Source: Candidatus Versatilivorator sp. (GTDB taxonomy: Bacteria; Acidobacteriota; Terriglobia; Versatilivoradales; Versatilivoraceae). From it: 64,000 nucleotides of DNA. The translations under genes and the position numbers were made by a program. The notes beneath the pieces were generated by a model. That model saw nothing but the letters and a program-made list of their open reading frames with translations, was not told the DNA's origin and did not search any database. Where the stretch lies: positions 4,149,659 through 4,213,658 of the forward strand of contig CBDAOQ010000003.1 in the NCBI GenBank assembly GCA_965198125.1. The letters are read 5' to 3'. Below, one piece after another: positions 16,536 through 26,141 of this stretch. Every line of letters begins with the position of its first letter. The stretch's first letter is position 1.

Positions 16536-16943
16536 TTAAGGAACAACCTCAAAGCCCATCTGCCGGAAGTGATGGTCTAATGTCAATACCCGGAGAATTC
16601 GCAGTTCTTGCATGAGAACAAAGCTGCAGCAGTCGGTAAATGAAAAGTCCTTGTCCCGATAGCGGAAAAAGAGCGCCCGTGCCCGTTCTCCTCGCGCTTC
16701 GTCAATGGACTCAATGCGCAGTCGAGTTGAGCCATCGATTTGAAGCCACCACGCTTCAGCGGCATCAAGACCGAGGCGGAAGCGGAGGGTAGTCAGAGTT
16801 TCGTCGATCACATAGTCGGTTGTCGCTAACAAACCGCCAGCCGACAACCATTGATCCCGGGATTCCTGCACGAATGGGCACGCGGCGTCGGCACTGTCAG
16901 CGGCCGCAACCCACGCGGCCGTGTCCACAAACATCAGCTTCAC
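16536..16943 (-). CDS. vapC: PIN-domain ribonuclease toxin (VapC-like)
   Basis: 135 aa with acidic PIN residues in context (FVDTAAW, VIDETL, SFTDCCS, LDHHF). GTG start overlaps the antitoxin stop by 4 nt. Confidence 0.85.
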   Translation of the reverse strand: MKLMFVDTAAWVAAADSADAACPFVQESRDQWLSAGGLLATTDYVIDETLTTLRFRLGLDAAEAWWLQIDGSTRLRIESIDEARGERARALFFRYRDKDFSFTDCCSFVLMQELRILRVLTLDHHFRQMGFEVVP

Positions 16944-17185
16944 CGGTATAGCACCTCATCATGCCGCGCGGCAGCGTCCCCCGATCCGGATGAGCCAACG
17001 GGTGTTGCCTGGTACAGCGGGTCTGATTCCAGTGGCGCGCATTCAAGCGGGGGACTGCCTACTGGTACGATGTCGAAAGCCGGGCGACTTCGATACAGAA
17101 CAGTAAATCGCCCTCCGTGTTTCACTTTCTCGACAACATCCTGCAGTTGCTCTCGGAGCTGTTTGGCGCTGATCATCTCAGGCAT
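16940..17185 (-). CDS. type II antitoxin (Phd/YefM-like)
   Basis: 81 aa, MPEMISAKQLREQLQDVVEKVKHGGRFTVLYRSRPAFDIVPV. Immediately upstream of the PIN gene and translationally coupled to it. Confidence 0.8.
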   Translation of the reverse strand: MPEMISAKQLREQLQDVVEKVKHGGRFTVLYRSRPAFDIVPVGSPPLECAPLESDPLYQATPVGSSGSGDAAARHDEVLYR

Positions 17186-17200
17186 GGGAGTGCCTCCGTA

Positions 17201-17240
17201 AAGTTCAACTTAAGATAACCTTTTGTCGAATTAGTGGCAA
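17201..17240 (-). promoter_or_regulatory. sigma70-like promoter (TTGCCA-17-TATCTT) plus palindromic operator AAGTTGAACTT for the TA operon
   Basis: On the minus strand the -35 is at 17240-17235 and the -10 at 17217-17212. A perfect 5+1+5 palindrome at 17211-17201 abuts the -10. GGAGG lies 7 nt before ATG 17185. Confidence 0.45.
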
Positions 17241-17513
17241 GTACATTAGCAGACTTTCTTGGATCCGGTGGCCGGGACTTGGATGTGCCGAGAAGCCCCG
17301 GCCTGCCTTTTGTCGCCGGTGGGCTAAGGGGCGCTCTGGATGGGAAAGGACCCGCCATCCCGCCCTTGCAAAGGTTCGAAAGATGGGTTAAAACCTTGCC
17401 AACCCTGATGCAGTTGACCCGAGCCCTGAACGGCTGCCATGATGGTGTTCAGCGACAATGCCCTGCCGTGGAACCTCATGGACTGAACGCGGTCGTCCCA
17501 AAGGAGGGGTAAC

Positions 17514-18599
17514 GTGGCAAAGCTCTCAAGGAGGAACCGGCCCCTGAAGGATCTTGCCCGACGGGCACTGGTCCTGCTGATCGCGGTGTTGGCTGCCACC
17601 AGTGCCGCTGCCGCCCTGCAGGAGAAGAAAGCGGCTCCCCGGCCAAAGACCAGGGCGGAATTCGATGCCTACACCCAACTGTACAACGAGAAGGATATGC
17701 GCCGGAAGGCCATGCTGGCTGCGAAGTTCATCGCCGACTTTCCTCAGTCCGACTTCCGCCTGGCCGCCTATCAGTTGGAGATTCAGGCCAATGAGGCCCT
17801 GGGCAACCATGAGAAGGTGGTTTCGGCGGGGGAAAAGGCGTTGCAAGAGTTTTCTGAGGCCGACAAGCAGCCCAAGATATACATTTTTCAGCGGATGATC
17901 CGCGGCTACCAGCAACTCAACGATTCTCGCAAGACCATAGAGACGGGCGAGAGGCTGCTGGCCGTGGAGCCCAACCATTTGCGGACCCTTCTCACCCTGT
18001 CGATGGTTCTTCCAAGGTTCCTGCCCGAGGAGGAGACGGCCCGCGTCCGACAACTGGACAGGGCCCTGGAAATCGCCCACAGGGCCCAGCGGCGGGTCGA
18101 TGCTATTGTCAGCGGACCGAAACCGTCAGGAGCGACGGCAGCGCAGTGGGTCAGGCAAAAAGCGGACCTGCCTGCCCGGGTTCACGCGGCCCTGGGTTTG
18201 ATCCACTTCAACCGCAAGGATTATGAGAGCTCCATCGAGGAGTACGAGAAAGCAACCTCTCTGACCAGGGGCGAGGGTGTCGACTTCTACCGGATGGGGA
18301 TCGCCTATTACTATCAGGCGCTGGCTGTCAGCCAGGAGCTGGCTGAATGGGACCCAAAGGAAGACCCCGATACCGCCGCCAAAGAGGAGAAAGAGGCTCA
18401 ATTCGCTGCCTGGAGAGACAAGGCTATCGCCGCGCTGGCCAAGGTCATCGTTTTGAAGGACAACGCCCCCGAGCAGGTAGTCCAGTCCGCCAGGGATGAG
18501 CTGGAGCGCCTTTACAAGGCCAAGAACAACGACTCCCTGGAAGGATTGGAAGGGGTGATCAGTCAGGCTGCGAGAGAGCTGGGGAATGGGATGCAGTAA
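17514..18599 (+). CDS. secreted TPR-like repeat protein
   Basis: GTG start after GGAGGGG. Signal peptide ALVLLIAVLAATSAAAA, then a helical-repeat composition. Confidence 0.7.
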   Translation: MAKLSRRNRPLKDLARRALVLLIAVLAATSAAAALQEKKAAPRPKTRAEFDAYTQLYNEKDMRRKAMLAAKFIADFPQSDFRLAAYQLEIQANEALGNHEKVVSAGEKALQEFSEADKQPKIYIFQRMIRGYQQLNDSRKTIETGERLLAVEPNHLRTLLTLSMVLPRFLPEEETARVRQLDRALEIAHRAQRRVDAIVSGPKPSGATAAQWVRQKADLPARVHAALGLIHFNRKDYESSIEEYEKATSLTRGEGVDFYRMGIAYYYQALAVSQELAEWDPKEDPDTAAKEEKEAQFAAWRDKAIAALAKVIVLKDNAPEQVVQSARDELERLYKAKNNDSLEGLEGVISQAARELGNGMQ

Positions 18600-18612
18600 C
18601 CTTCGCCCCGGG

Positions 18613-19191
18613 CTAGGGCGAAAGAGTCTTCAGCAAACCGGAGCGGTCCATGGGGCGAGGCGTCTGCACCAGTACTGAAAAACGCCGGCGTGGGTCGGGT
18701 CGGTGGGTAAGCGAATAGTTGTTCCGGCCGAACAGTTCATCGCAAAAGCGCCCGATTTCCGGGCTCAGGGCGGCATAGGTCCTTTCGTTGTTGGGAGCCA
18801 ACAGTCGATCGTTGACGCAAAGCTCGAGTTCTTGGCTCTCGAAGCCGAGTTTTCCTTCCAGGCGTCCATCCTCCTCCAATTTGCTACAGGTCGTGAGCAC
18901 AGCCCGCAAGGCTTGGCGGAAGCGGTCACGGTTCCGGCCTCCCAGCTTTGCCTTGCGATTGTAGAGAAGGCCGAGGCGATTGTCGCCCCAGTCGAGGCTG
19001 AAGTCGGCTTCGTAGCCCACCAGGAGAATGCCTGGCCCGGCGGGCACGTGACGATAGTCCGCCACGTCCACCAAGGTTTCCTCGCAACTCTGCTCCCTCA
19101 CCCAGTCATGAAAGATTGGGATCAAGGGTTCCAGGTCAACCGCACCCGAGTGCTTCAGGTGCAGTTTCAGGTTGACGTGTTGGATTTCCAT
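18613..19191 (-). CDS. hypothetical protein, 192 aa, immediately downstream of the sulfite reductase gene
   Basis: Trimmed to ATG 19191 (MEIQHVNLKLHLKH...), 11 nt after the upstream stop. No family recognised. Confidence 0.6.
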   Translation of the reverse strand: MEIQHVNLKLHLKHSGAVDLEPLIPIFHDWVREQSCEETLVDVADYRHVPAGPGILLVGYEADFSLDWGDNRLGLLYNRKAKLGGRNRDRFRQALRAVLTTCSKLEEDGRLEGKLGFESQELELCVNDRLLAPNNERTYAALSPEIGRFCDELFGRNNYSLTHRPDPRRRFSVLVQTPRPMDRSGLLKTLSP

Positions 19192-19201
19192 CCCGGAGAG
19201 A

Positions 19202-21469
19202 TCAAGCGGTGGCGGCGCTGGGGGTGAGACCCATGCGGTTGAAGCAGCCGTGGCAAGCCTCGATAAAGAGTTGGGCCTCCTCAATCAGCCGTCTCGAAGA
19301 TTCCGGAGTGTATTCATTCCCGTTCTCTCGGTGGGCCGCGAAGAGGTAATTGGCGAACTTGGGACCTGCAAACGGGTCAAAAATCTTCTCGGTGTCGAAA
19401 TACCGGGTGCGGAACTGCTTCACGATTTCGTCCCGATCGTCGGAAACATCTAAAAACTCTATCTTGATGAGTCCCTTGGCTGCGTGGAGCATGGCCCCCA
19501 AGGCTGTCTCCCCCGCCTTCTGGAAATTCTCCTCCTCAGCGTATACCTGGGCTTCAAAGACCTGACGTTCCGCCGCGGTCAGGTCGAACTCCACCGAGGT
19601 GACCACCTCTCCGGCGCACTCGCCTTTGCCGATGTCGCTAATGCTGTATTCTCTGGGGTCCCCCCAGTCGCTGAAGTAGGAGCTGTCGGATTCGTAACCG
19701 GGAACCTTGGCCAGGTCCTCCAACAGCTTGCGGACCTGCAGCTTGCCGGTGCGCTTGATAAAGTCCTGAAAGCTCTCTCCCTGGAGCCGGTGGCTGACGT
19801 AGCGCTCTCCCAGCCGGGAAACCACCTCGGGAATATTCTTGGAGGGTATGGCCACGATGGGGAGTCCGTAGGAGCCGGCATTTTGGTCCCACTGGCCTCC
19901 CAATACCACCTGAAAATGGGGCACGGCGTATCCGCCGACCTTCCGGCTCACCCCATAGAACCCCAGGTCCGCGATGTGATGCTGCCCGCAACTGTTGAAG
20001 CAACCGCTTACCTTGACGTGAAGATCCTGGATGGCTTGATCCATCTCCGCGCCCTTGCTGGCCAACCGGCGTTGGAGCTCGGCAGCCAGTCCCCTCGAAG
20101 AAGAGATCCCCAGCTTGCAGGTATCGGTTCCCGGGCAGGCCACCACGTCGACGATGTTTCCTGCTCCGGGCCGGGCTAATTCGGCCGATTCCAGGGCCTG
20201 GTAAAGTTCGACAAGGTCGCTTCGACGCACCCAGCGCAGGACCATGTTTTGTTCCACGGTCGTGCGTACCGTTTCCGGAGTGAAGCGGCGAGCGATGTCC
20301 GCCAGGGCGCGAAGCTGATCGGCGCTGATATCCCCCAAGGGGAGGGTGACGGTAGCGACCATAAAGCCCGTCTGTTTTTGTGGCCGGATGTTGGTCTTCA
20401 GCCATTGCTGGAACTCGGGGGAGCCCGACTTGGGAATGATCCCGGGCGGGTGGGGGGATCCTTCACCAGCCGCCGCCAGGGCCTCGCTGAGATATTGATT
20501 CCATCGGGGGTCTCGGGGAAGGCGGTCGCGCTCCTCCAGAACCAGGGCCTTGAACTTCTCTATGCCCAGGTCGTGAACCAGGAACTTGATTCGGGCCCGG
20601 GCTCGATTCTTCTTTTGGCCCAGCCGGGCAAACACGCGGGCGATGGCCTGTGCGGTCGGCAGCAGTTGCTCCGGGCGGAGGAAGTCATCGAAAAGTTTAG
20701 CCTGGTAAGGAACGGCCCCCAGCCCGCCGCCGACATAGAGTTCGAACCCGCGCGCTTCCACGCCGTTCTCCCGGCGAGTCACGGCGATGGCTCCCAGATC
20801 GTGCATGCTGGTCAGTCCACAGGCGTGCTGGCTGCATCCGCTAAAGGCCGGTTTGAACTTTCTGCCGAAGTTCTGGCAGTCGGGATGGCCCAGCAGGAAT
20901 CGTGACAGAGCCTTGGCATAGGGAGTCACATCGAAGGCCTCGTCCGGGCAGACCCCCGAATAGGGGCAGGCGGTGACGTTGCGCACCGAATTGCCGCAAG
21001 CCTCTCGAGTGGTGATTCCAACCGCCGCCAAACGGCGCATCAGAGACGGAGTATCCTCCATGTGCACGTAGTGGAGCTGGAAATCCTGCCGGGTGGTGAC
21101 ATGGGCGATACCGTCGGAGTATTCCTCGGCCAACTCGGCCATCACCTCGAGTTGAGCGGCATTGAGTCCGCCGTAGGGAACCTTGATTCGCTGCATGCCC
21201 GGAGCGTCCCAGAGGGTATTGGGGCCTTTGGTCGGATTGGACGTCGGATACTCCAGGGATCTGGCCGCTTTGCCGTCGTGTCGTTGACCGTTGTCGTACC
21301 GCTGTCCATAAACGCCGCGACGCAGCCGGGTTTCCGCGAAGACCCGCTCATCCACCTTCTCTTGTCGCCGCAAATCGATCTCGGTTTCGAAGATGTCGAT
21401 TTCCCGGTTCAGGGGCTCCGAGATTTTGCCCGCAAGCCGTTCTTTCCAAAGTTGGTTGGAAGCTTTCAT
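19202..21469 (-). CDS. ferredoxin-type nitrite/sulfite reductase hemoprotein with ~190-aa C-terminal extension
   Basis: Two NIR_SIR ferredoxin-like halves plus the siroheme/4Fe-4S Cys cluster (ACPGTDTCKLG, VSGCFNSCGQHH). At 755 aa it exceeds the usual ~560. GGAG precedes the ATG. Confidence 0.85.
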   Translation of the reverse strand: MKASNQLWKERLAGKISEPLNREIDIFETEIDLRRQEKVDERVFAETRLRRGVYGQRYDNGQRHDGKAARSLEYPTSNPTKGPNTLWDAPGMQRIKVPYGGLNAAQLEVMAELAEEYSDGIAHVTTRQDFQLHYVHMEDTPSLMRRLAAVGITTREACGNSVRNVTACPYSGVCPDEAFDVTPYAKALSRFLLGHPDCQNFGRKFKPAFSGCSQHACGLTSMHDLGAIAVTRRENGVEARGFELYVGGGLGAVPYQAKLFDDFLRPEQLLPTAQAIARVFARLGQKKNRARARIKFLVHDLGIEKFKALVLEERDRLPRDPRWNQYLSEALAAAGEGSPHPPGIIPKSGSPEFQQWLKTNIRPQKQTGFMVATVTLPLGDISADQLRALADIARRFTPETVRTTVEQNMVLRWVRRSDLVELYQALESAELARPGAGNIVDVVACPGTDTCKLGISSSRGLAAELQRRLASKGAEMDQAIQDLHVKVSGCFNSCGQHHIADLGFYGVSRKVGGYAVPHFQVVLGGQWDQNAGSYGLPIVAIPSKNIPEVVSRLGERYVSHRLQGESFQDFIKRTGKLQVRKLLEDLAKVPGYESDSSYFSDWGDPREYSISDIGKGECAGEVVTSVEFDLTAAERQVFEAQVYAEEENFQKAGETALGAMLHAAKGLIKIEFLDVSDDRDEIVKQFRTRYFDTEKIFDPFAGPKFANYLFAAHRENGNEYTPESSRRLIEEAQLFIEACHGCFNRMGLTPSAATA

Positions 21470-21675
21470 TCAGGGACTCCCTGCCTGCGGCGGTGAAGGA
21501 CCGTGCCAATGATTGGAGCCGAGATACCGTCCTCCCCAAGGTCGCTCTAAGAGCCTATTCTATAGTCAGGGGGAGCTTTTTGCAAAATTCGCAACGGGGC
21601 AGGTCATTTTGCCGGCAAACGTGATGTTCTGCCTTTTTCAATATCGGGTGCGACCTGGTGAGAAATGCGGGTTCA

Positions 21676-21849
21676 CCACAAAAAGCACAAAAGTCACAAA
21701 ACGAATTTTTCGTAACCCTTCTCGAGATGCCGGTTGCGAAGATATCCATGCAGGTCGAAGGCCGTCTGCCGGATCTGATCACACAAAGCCCGCATGCCTT
21801 GGTCGTTTCTCATCGTTCCGCTCTTTTTGTGTTTTTGTGCCTTTTGTGG
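21676..21849. mobile_element. family B MITE-like element (174 bp)
   Basis: Termini are CCACAAAAAGCACAAAAGTCACAAAA (21676-21701) and TTTTTGTGTTTTTGTGCCTTTTGTGG (21824-21849), in inverted orientation. The same right terminus recurs at 40833-40859. Confidence 0.8.
21694..21813 (-). pseudogene. 39-codon stub resembling the N-terminus of a GxxExxY (PDDEXK_3) protein
   Basis: Too short for the ORF track. Reverse translation gives MRNDQGMRALCDQIRQTAFDLHGYLRNRHLEKGYEKFVL, which matches about 12 of 28 positions of the remembered consensus ELTEKIIGAAFEVHNELGPGFLEKVYEN. The in-frame leader PQKAQKHKK comes from the terminus. Confidence 0.5.
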
Positions 21850-21950
21850 CCATTCCCGGCAAAGATCCCGCTGCCGTATTTTGCAAACGCCTCAGGGGGA
21901 CAAAAGACCAATCCTTTTTCAGGGATCTGCACGATGACTGCAGTCTCGAA

Positions 21951-23945
21951 TCAGCTTCCCTTCTGCTGTGCCCGGGTGCCGGCCTCCAAGGTCTTGATAA
22001 TGGTCTCGACATCGAAGACGCAGCCACCCCAGGTCCCGCCGCTCACCTGCTGCAGGGCCGCCCAGAGGCGCGAGTCATCGGGAAGCCGGCTGTCGTGGGA
22101 GAGGTGGGTTGGAAGCGCTCGCGCTGCCAGCATTTTGTCACCGGCTTCTACCCCAAGCACTTTTCCTTCGCAACCCACCAGGTCGACACTTCCCACCAAG
22201 CGGTTTCGATCGACGACGATTTGAATGATGTCGCCGTCTCTGACCTTGGCGATGGGCCCCCCGGCCAGCGCCTCGGGACCGACATGGCCGATGCAGGCTC
22301 CAGTGGAAACTCCCGAAAATCGGGCATCGGTCACCACCGCGATGTGTTTTCCAAAGGAGAGGTGCTTCAGGGCGGAAGTGATCTGGTAAATTTCTTCCAT
22401 TCCCGATCCGGCCGGACCGCGGCAGATCAAGACCAGGATATCCCCTGGTTTGACCCGGTCCTCCTGCCGGCTTTTGATGGCGGCAATGGCGTCGGTCTCT
22501 CTGGTGAATACCCTGGCCGGACCGACCTTGCGGTAAACGCCGTCGGGGTCGACCACCGAGGGATCGATCGCCGTGCTCTTGATCACCGAGCCTTCCGGAG
22601 CCAGGTTTCCGCCAGGAAAGGTGACCGTGCTGGTCAATCCCCTTCGGCGGGCCTCCCTCGGGGTCATGATGACCTCCTCCGGGTCGACCCCGTCCAGTTC
22701 CTGAAGTTTGTGGCGCAAGTGGCGGCGCCGGTCGGATCGCTCCCACCACTCCAGAACCTCTCCCAACGACAGCCCGGCCACGGTTTGGGCATCCAGCTGC
22801 AGGAGTTCGAGATCCCGCAGATGGAGCATCACTTCGGGGACGCCGCCGGCCAGGAAGACGCGAACGGTCGGATGGTGTCTGGGGCCGTTGGGGAGGACAT
22901 CCACAATGCGTGGCACCTGGCGGTTTATTCTGGCCCAGTCGGCCGCCGCCGGCCGCCTGAGCCCGGCTCCATGGGCTATGGCCGGCAGGTGCAGGAGCAG
23001 GTTGGTGGATCCGCCAAAGGCGGCATGCACCGCCATCGCATTGTGAATGGATTTTTCAGTCAGCAACCCACCCGTCGTCCGCTTTTGTTTCTCCAGAAGA
23101 AGCAGGGCCCGGGCCGACCGGCGAGCCATGTCGAGCCAGATCTCCTGGCCCGAGGGTGCCAGGGCCGAATGCGGCAGGGACAGGCCCAGGGCTTCCCCCA
23201 CGACCTGGGCGGTTGCCGCCGTCCCCAGAAACTGGCAGCCGCCGCCCGGAGAAGCGCAGGCCCTGCAGAGTGCCTCGGCCGCATCCTCCAAAGTGGCTTC
23301 GCCGTGGGCAAAACGAGCTCCAATGGATTGGACCGTGCCGGCATCCTCTCCCTCAATGGGAGGCAAAGTCACTCCTCCAGGTACCAGAATACAGGGCAGA
23401 TCACGGGTTGAGGCCAATGCCATCATCATGGCCGGGAGTCCCTTGTCACAGGTGGCGATGCCCAGGACGCCACTCCGCGTGGGGAGTGACCGGATCTGCC
23501 GCCGAAAGATCTGGGCGGCGTCGTTGCGGTAAGGGAGGCTGTCCATCATTCCCGGCGTGCCTTGCGTACGGCCATCGCAAGGGTCGGTGCAATAGGCTGC
23601 AAAGGGAATACAGCCGGCGGCGCGGAACTGCTCCGCGGCCGCCTGCATCAACAGTCCCACCTCCCAATGCCCCACGTGATAGCCCAGCGCCAGGGGACGA
23701 CCGTCGGGGGCCCGGATTCCCCCCTGAGTGCTCAGGATGAGAAATTCTCTGCGACCCAATTCCGACGGGTTCCAGCCCATGCCCGCGTTTTGACTGAAGG
23801 CGAAAAGATTGCCGCTGGGAGCATGCCGGAGCAAGTCCTCGTTGATCGGGACCCGGCCTTCCGGCCCCCGCGCCTTGGTCCGAATCTCAAACAGGGTCGG
23901 ATCGTTGGAATCGAGAATGCGGTCGTGCTCTTCTCCAGGGCTCAT
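21951..23945 (-). CDS. YjhG/YagF-family sugar-acid (D-xylonate-type) dehydratase, IlvD/Edd superfamily
   Basis: Collinear over the full 664 aa with my memory of E. coli YjhG ([87 protein letters not shown]). Confidence 0.9.
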   Translation of the reverse strand: MSPGEEHDRILDSNDPTLFEIRTKARGPEGRVPINEDLLRHAPSGNLFAFSQNAGMGWNPSELGRREFLILSTQGGIRAPDGRPLALGYHVGHWEVGLLMQAAAEQFRAAGCIPFAAYCTDPCDGRTQGTPGMMDSLPYRNDAAQIFRRQIRSLPTRSGVLGIATCDKGLPAMMMALASTRDLPCILVPGGVTLPPIEGEDAGTVQSIGARFAHGEATLEDAAEALCRACASPGGGCQFLGTAATAQVVGEALGLSLPHSALAPSGQEIWLDMARRSARALLLLEKQKRTTGGLLTEKSIHNAMAVHAAFGGSTNLLLHLPAIAHGAGLRRPAAADWARINRQVPRIVDVLPNGPRHHPTVRVFLAGGVPEVMLHLRDLELLQLDAQTVAGLSLGEVLEWWERSDRRRHLRHKLQELDGVDPEEVIMTPREARRRGLTSTVTFPGGNLAPEGSVIKSTAIDPSVVDPDGVYRKVGPARVFTRETDAIAAIKSRQEDRVKPGDILVLICRGPAGSGMEEIYQITSALKHLSFGKHIAVVTDARFSGVSTGACIGHVGPEALAGGPIAKVRDGDIIQIVVDRNRLVGSVDLVGCEGKVLGVEAGDKMLAARALPTHLSHDSRLPDDSRLWAALQQVSGGTWGGCVFDVETIIKTLEAGTRAQQKGS

Positions 23946-24061
23946 CGTGAGCCTCCCGAATTTGATTGTTGAGAATGAATGCCTCGGATTTCACAAGGAG
24001 GCAGGGCGAAACATTATCTTCCGCCAACACCAGGATTGCCGGATTCCTATCGGGTCTTTGA

Positions 24062-24709
24062 TCAGGCGGTGCGGCCTTTCACCACCTCGGCCACAAAAGC
24101 CGCCGCCCGGCGGCGCAAATCCTCCATGTTGCCCGAGTTGAGCAGCTTCTGATTGATCAGGCTGCTGCCGACTCCCAGAACCGCAGCCCCACTTCTGATG
24201 AAGTCGGCTGCCGTGTCCAGGTTTACCCCCCCGACCGGAACAATCTCCAGTTGGGGAAGCGGCGCCCGAATGGCCTTGATGTATGCAGGGCCGCCAATGT
24301 CCGCCGGAAACAGCTTGATCATGGAGGCGCCTGCCTCCCAGGCGGCCAGCATTTCGCTGGGCGTGTAGCAGCCCGGAAACACCGGGATGCCGTATCGGCG
24401 ACAGAGCGCCACCATATCCGGGTTGAAGGTCGGGGCCACTACAAAATCGGCTCCGGCCAAGATGGCAGCGCGAGCTGTTTCAGGGTCCAGGACCGTCCCC
24501 GCTCCGAAGAGGGTTTCTCCACGGTAGCGCTGGCTGGCCGCCCGGATGGTCTCGAGGGCCCCCGGGGTGGTCATGGTGACTTCAATGGCCCGGACACCGC
24601 CTGCCCGTATGGCATCGGCAGCGGCAATCAACTGATCGGAGCTGTCTGCCCGCATGATCGCAATCAACCCCGTCCGCCTCATCAGGTCCAACTTTTGTTG
24701 GTTGGTCAT
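24062..24709 (-). CDS. eda: KDPG/KHG (Eda-type, class I) aldolase
   Basis: Start set to ATG 24709, with GGAGGG 8 nt upstream. IAIMRADS..AGGVRAIEVTMTTPGALETI..GAGTVL..FVVAPTF..PGCYTPSE..IKLFPA. Confidence 0.88.
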   Translation of the reverse strand: MTNQQKLDLMRRTGLIAIMRADSSDQLIAAADAIRAGGVRAIEVTMTTPGALETIRAASQRYRGETLFGAGTVLDPETARAAILAGADFVVAPTFNPDMVALCRRYGIPVFPGCYTPSEMLAAWEAGASMIKLFPADIGGPAYIKAIRAPLPQLEIVPVGGVNLDTAADFIRSGAAVLGVGSSLINQKLLNSGNMEDLRRRAAAFVAEVVKGRTA

Positions 24710-24827
24710 GGTGGAAGCCCTCCGGCCCGCATTGCTCACCGGTTCCCGGGTGTGCAGTGAAGGCGTATGACCTTCAGCAGTTTGCGAGCCCCATGTTCGA
24801 ATTTCCCGGGAACGGGCGGTGCGGCAG

Positions 24828-25982
24828 CTAGCGGGAGGTGCGTTTCCCGCCGCCCAGCACGTCCGATCTCAGCAGTGCTTGCACCTCCGATTTGTCGACG
24901 ATCGGCAGATCGAACATCAGGGTTTGTTTCAGGCGGGTGGCTGCATCTGCCGTAAGGACCCCCTTTTCCATGCCTTCCCGGTTGAATCCCGAGGTCAACA
25001 GACCGTAGTAAAATCCCGCGTTCCAGGTGTCTCCGCCGCCCAGTCGGTCCCACAGGGTGATGGACCTGACCGCAGGCGAGCGAAAGAAACGGTCCTGGGA
25101 ATCGATGGCCGCCGATTCCCAGCGGTGTTGCTCGAAGGTGTCCGGATAGCGGATGGTGATGGCAACCATCTTGGCATGGAACCGGTCCCGGACCTGACCG
25201 GCAAAAGCCCGAAGGTCATCATCGTCCATGGGGCCCAGATCGCCGTCGACAATCTGCTTGGCGGAATAGCTTCCCAAACTCATGCCATAAAGCTTGGCCA
25301 TATCTTCAATGGTGGTGATGAGCACGTCCACATGGTCGGTGGCGATGGGTGTCAAAACCTCACGGGCCTCTTCGGGAGACCACAATGTGCCTCGATAGTT
25401 GAAGTCCATTCCGACCAGACACTTGGAGGGCTTGTTCTCAAGTGCTTCTTGGAGTGCTTCCAGGTTGTAGTTGCGTTTGTATCGGCTATGGCCGGCCAGG
25501 CCGAAGGTGATTCCGGAGGTATGGAACAGGCGGGCGTCCTTCAGGGACTCCTGCCAATTCACCATGCCCGCCCCCAATCTGGAAGCGGCCGAATACATGC
25601 GTTGATAGATACCGATGTTTCGCCTGGGAGTCCGCCCGATTTCATAGATCAAACGGCCAATGGGTTCGGTTTTAGGCGCCCAGACCATGCTGCCCGTCTC
25701 GATGCCCTGCTCCCGAGCGGCATTTTGCACCGCATGCCCATAGGGGTTTGCCGGAACCCGGGTGATGTAGGCGGAGGGAATGCCGAGCCGGCTGAGGGCG
25801 GTGGCCAGTGTAAATTCACTGCCGGCCAGCGACAGATGAACCAACCGGGTTCGTTCCGGTCGCTCCATGTCGGCCGGCGTTTCGCGGACCAGTACCTCAC
25901 CAAAGGTCACAAAGGCAGGGCCACCGGCTTGAAACTGAGACAGATCATCTTTTGTGATATCGAATTTCACCTCTCCTGCCAT
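24828..25982 (-). CDS. PfkB-family sugar(-acid) kinase, KDG-kinase-like
   Basis: Start set to ATG 25982, with GGAGGG upstream. The C-terminal GGGDTWNAGFYYGL motif is typical of the ribokinase/PfkB fold. At 384 aa it is longer than typical KdgK. Confidence 0.8.
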   Translation of the reverse strand: MAGEVKFDITKDDLSQFQAGGPAFVTFGEVLVRETPADMERPERTRLVHLSLAGSEFTLATALSRLGIPSAYITRVPANPYGHAVQNAAREQGIETGSMVWAPKTEPIGRLIYEIGRTPRRNIGIYQRMYSAASRLGAGMVNWQESLKDARLFHTSGITFGLAGHSRYKRNYNLEALQEALENKPSKCLVGMDFNYRGTLWSPEEAREVLTPIATDHVDVLITTIEDMAKLYGMSLGSYSAKQIVDGDLGPMDDDDLRAFAGQVRDRFHAKMVAITIRYPDTFEQHRWESAAIDSQDRFFRSPAVRSITLWDRLGGGDTWNAGFYYGLLTSGFNREGMEKGVLTADAATRLKQTLMFDLPIVDKSEVQALLRSDVLGGGKRTSR

Positions 25983-26141
25983 GAGGATTCCCTCCTGCGA
26001 TCCAGGGTTTCCGGTTGACCGGGATCGACGGTGAACCGGCCATTGCCAATCGGAAATCCTGCCACCCGGTCCTGCGGTTGTCCAGCGGCTCCCCATCATA
26101 ACCGCAGCGCTGAAAAACAGGAAGGACTACGGGGGAGGCGG

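Larger units (their letters stand above)
21573..21893. repeat. composite repeat filling most of the sir / dehydratase gap: F .. C-terminus motif .. family B element .. F(inverted)
   Basis: GAGCTTTTTGCAAAATTCGCAACGGGG (21573-21599) is paired with CCGTATTTTGCAAACGCCTC (21874-21893), 15/20 as an inverted repeat. GGTGAGAAATGCGGGT sits at 21657-21672 and the B element at 21676-21849. Confidence 0.8.

Noticed and set aside
17234-17512. 92-aa plus-strand ORF filling the gap before the TPR gene.
   Set aside because: GTG start with no RBS, a Gly/Pro/Arg-rich product and no homology. It ends 1 nt before the TPR start by coincidence of frame.
18602-18622. Hairpin TTCGCCC / GGGCGAA between the convergent TPR gene and the 192-aa ORF, considered as a bidirectional terminator.
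   Set aside because: The stem is only 7 bp, there is no U-tract on either strand, and the 3' arm overlaps a stop codon. Not enough to call.
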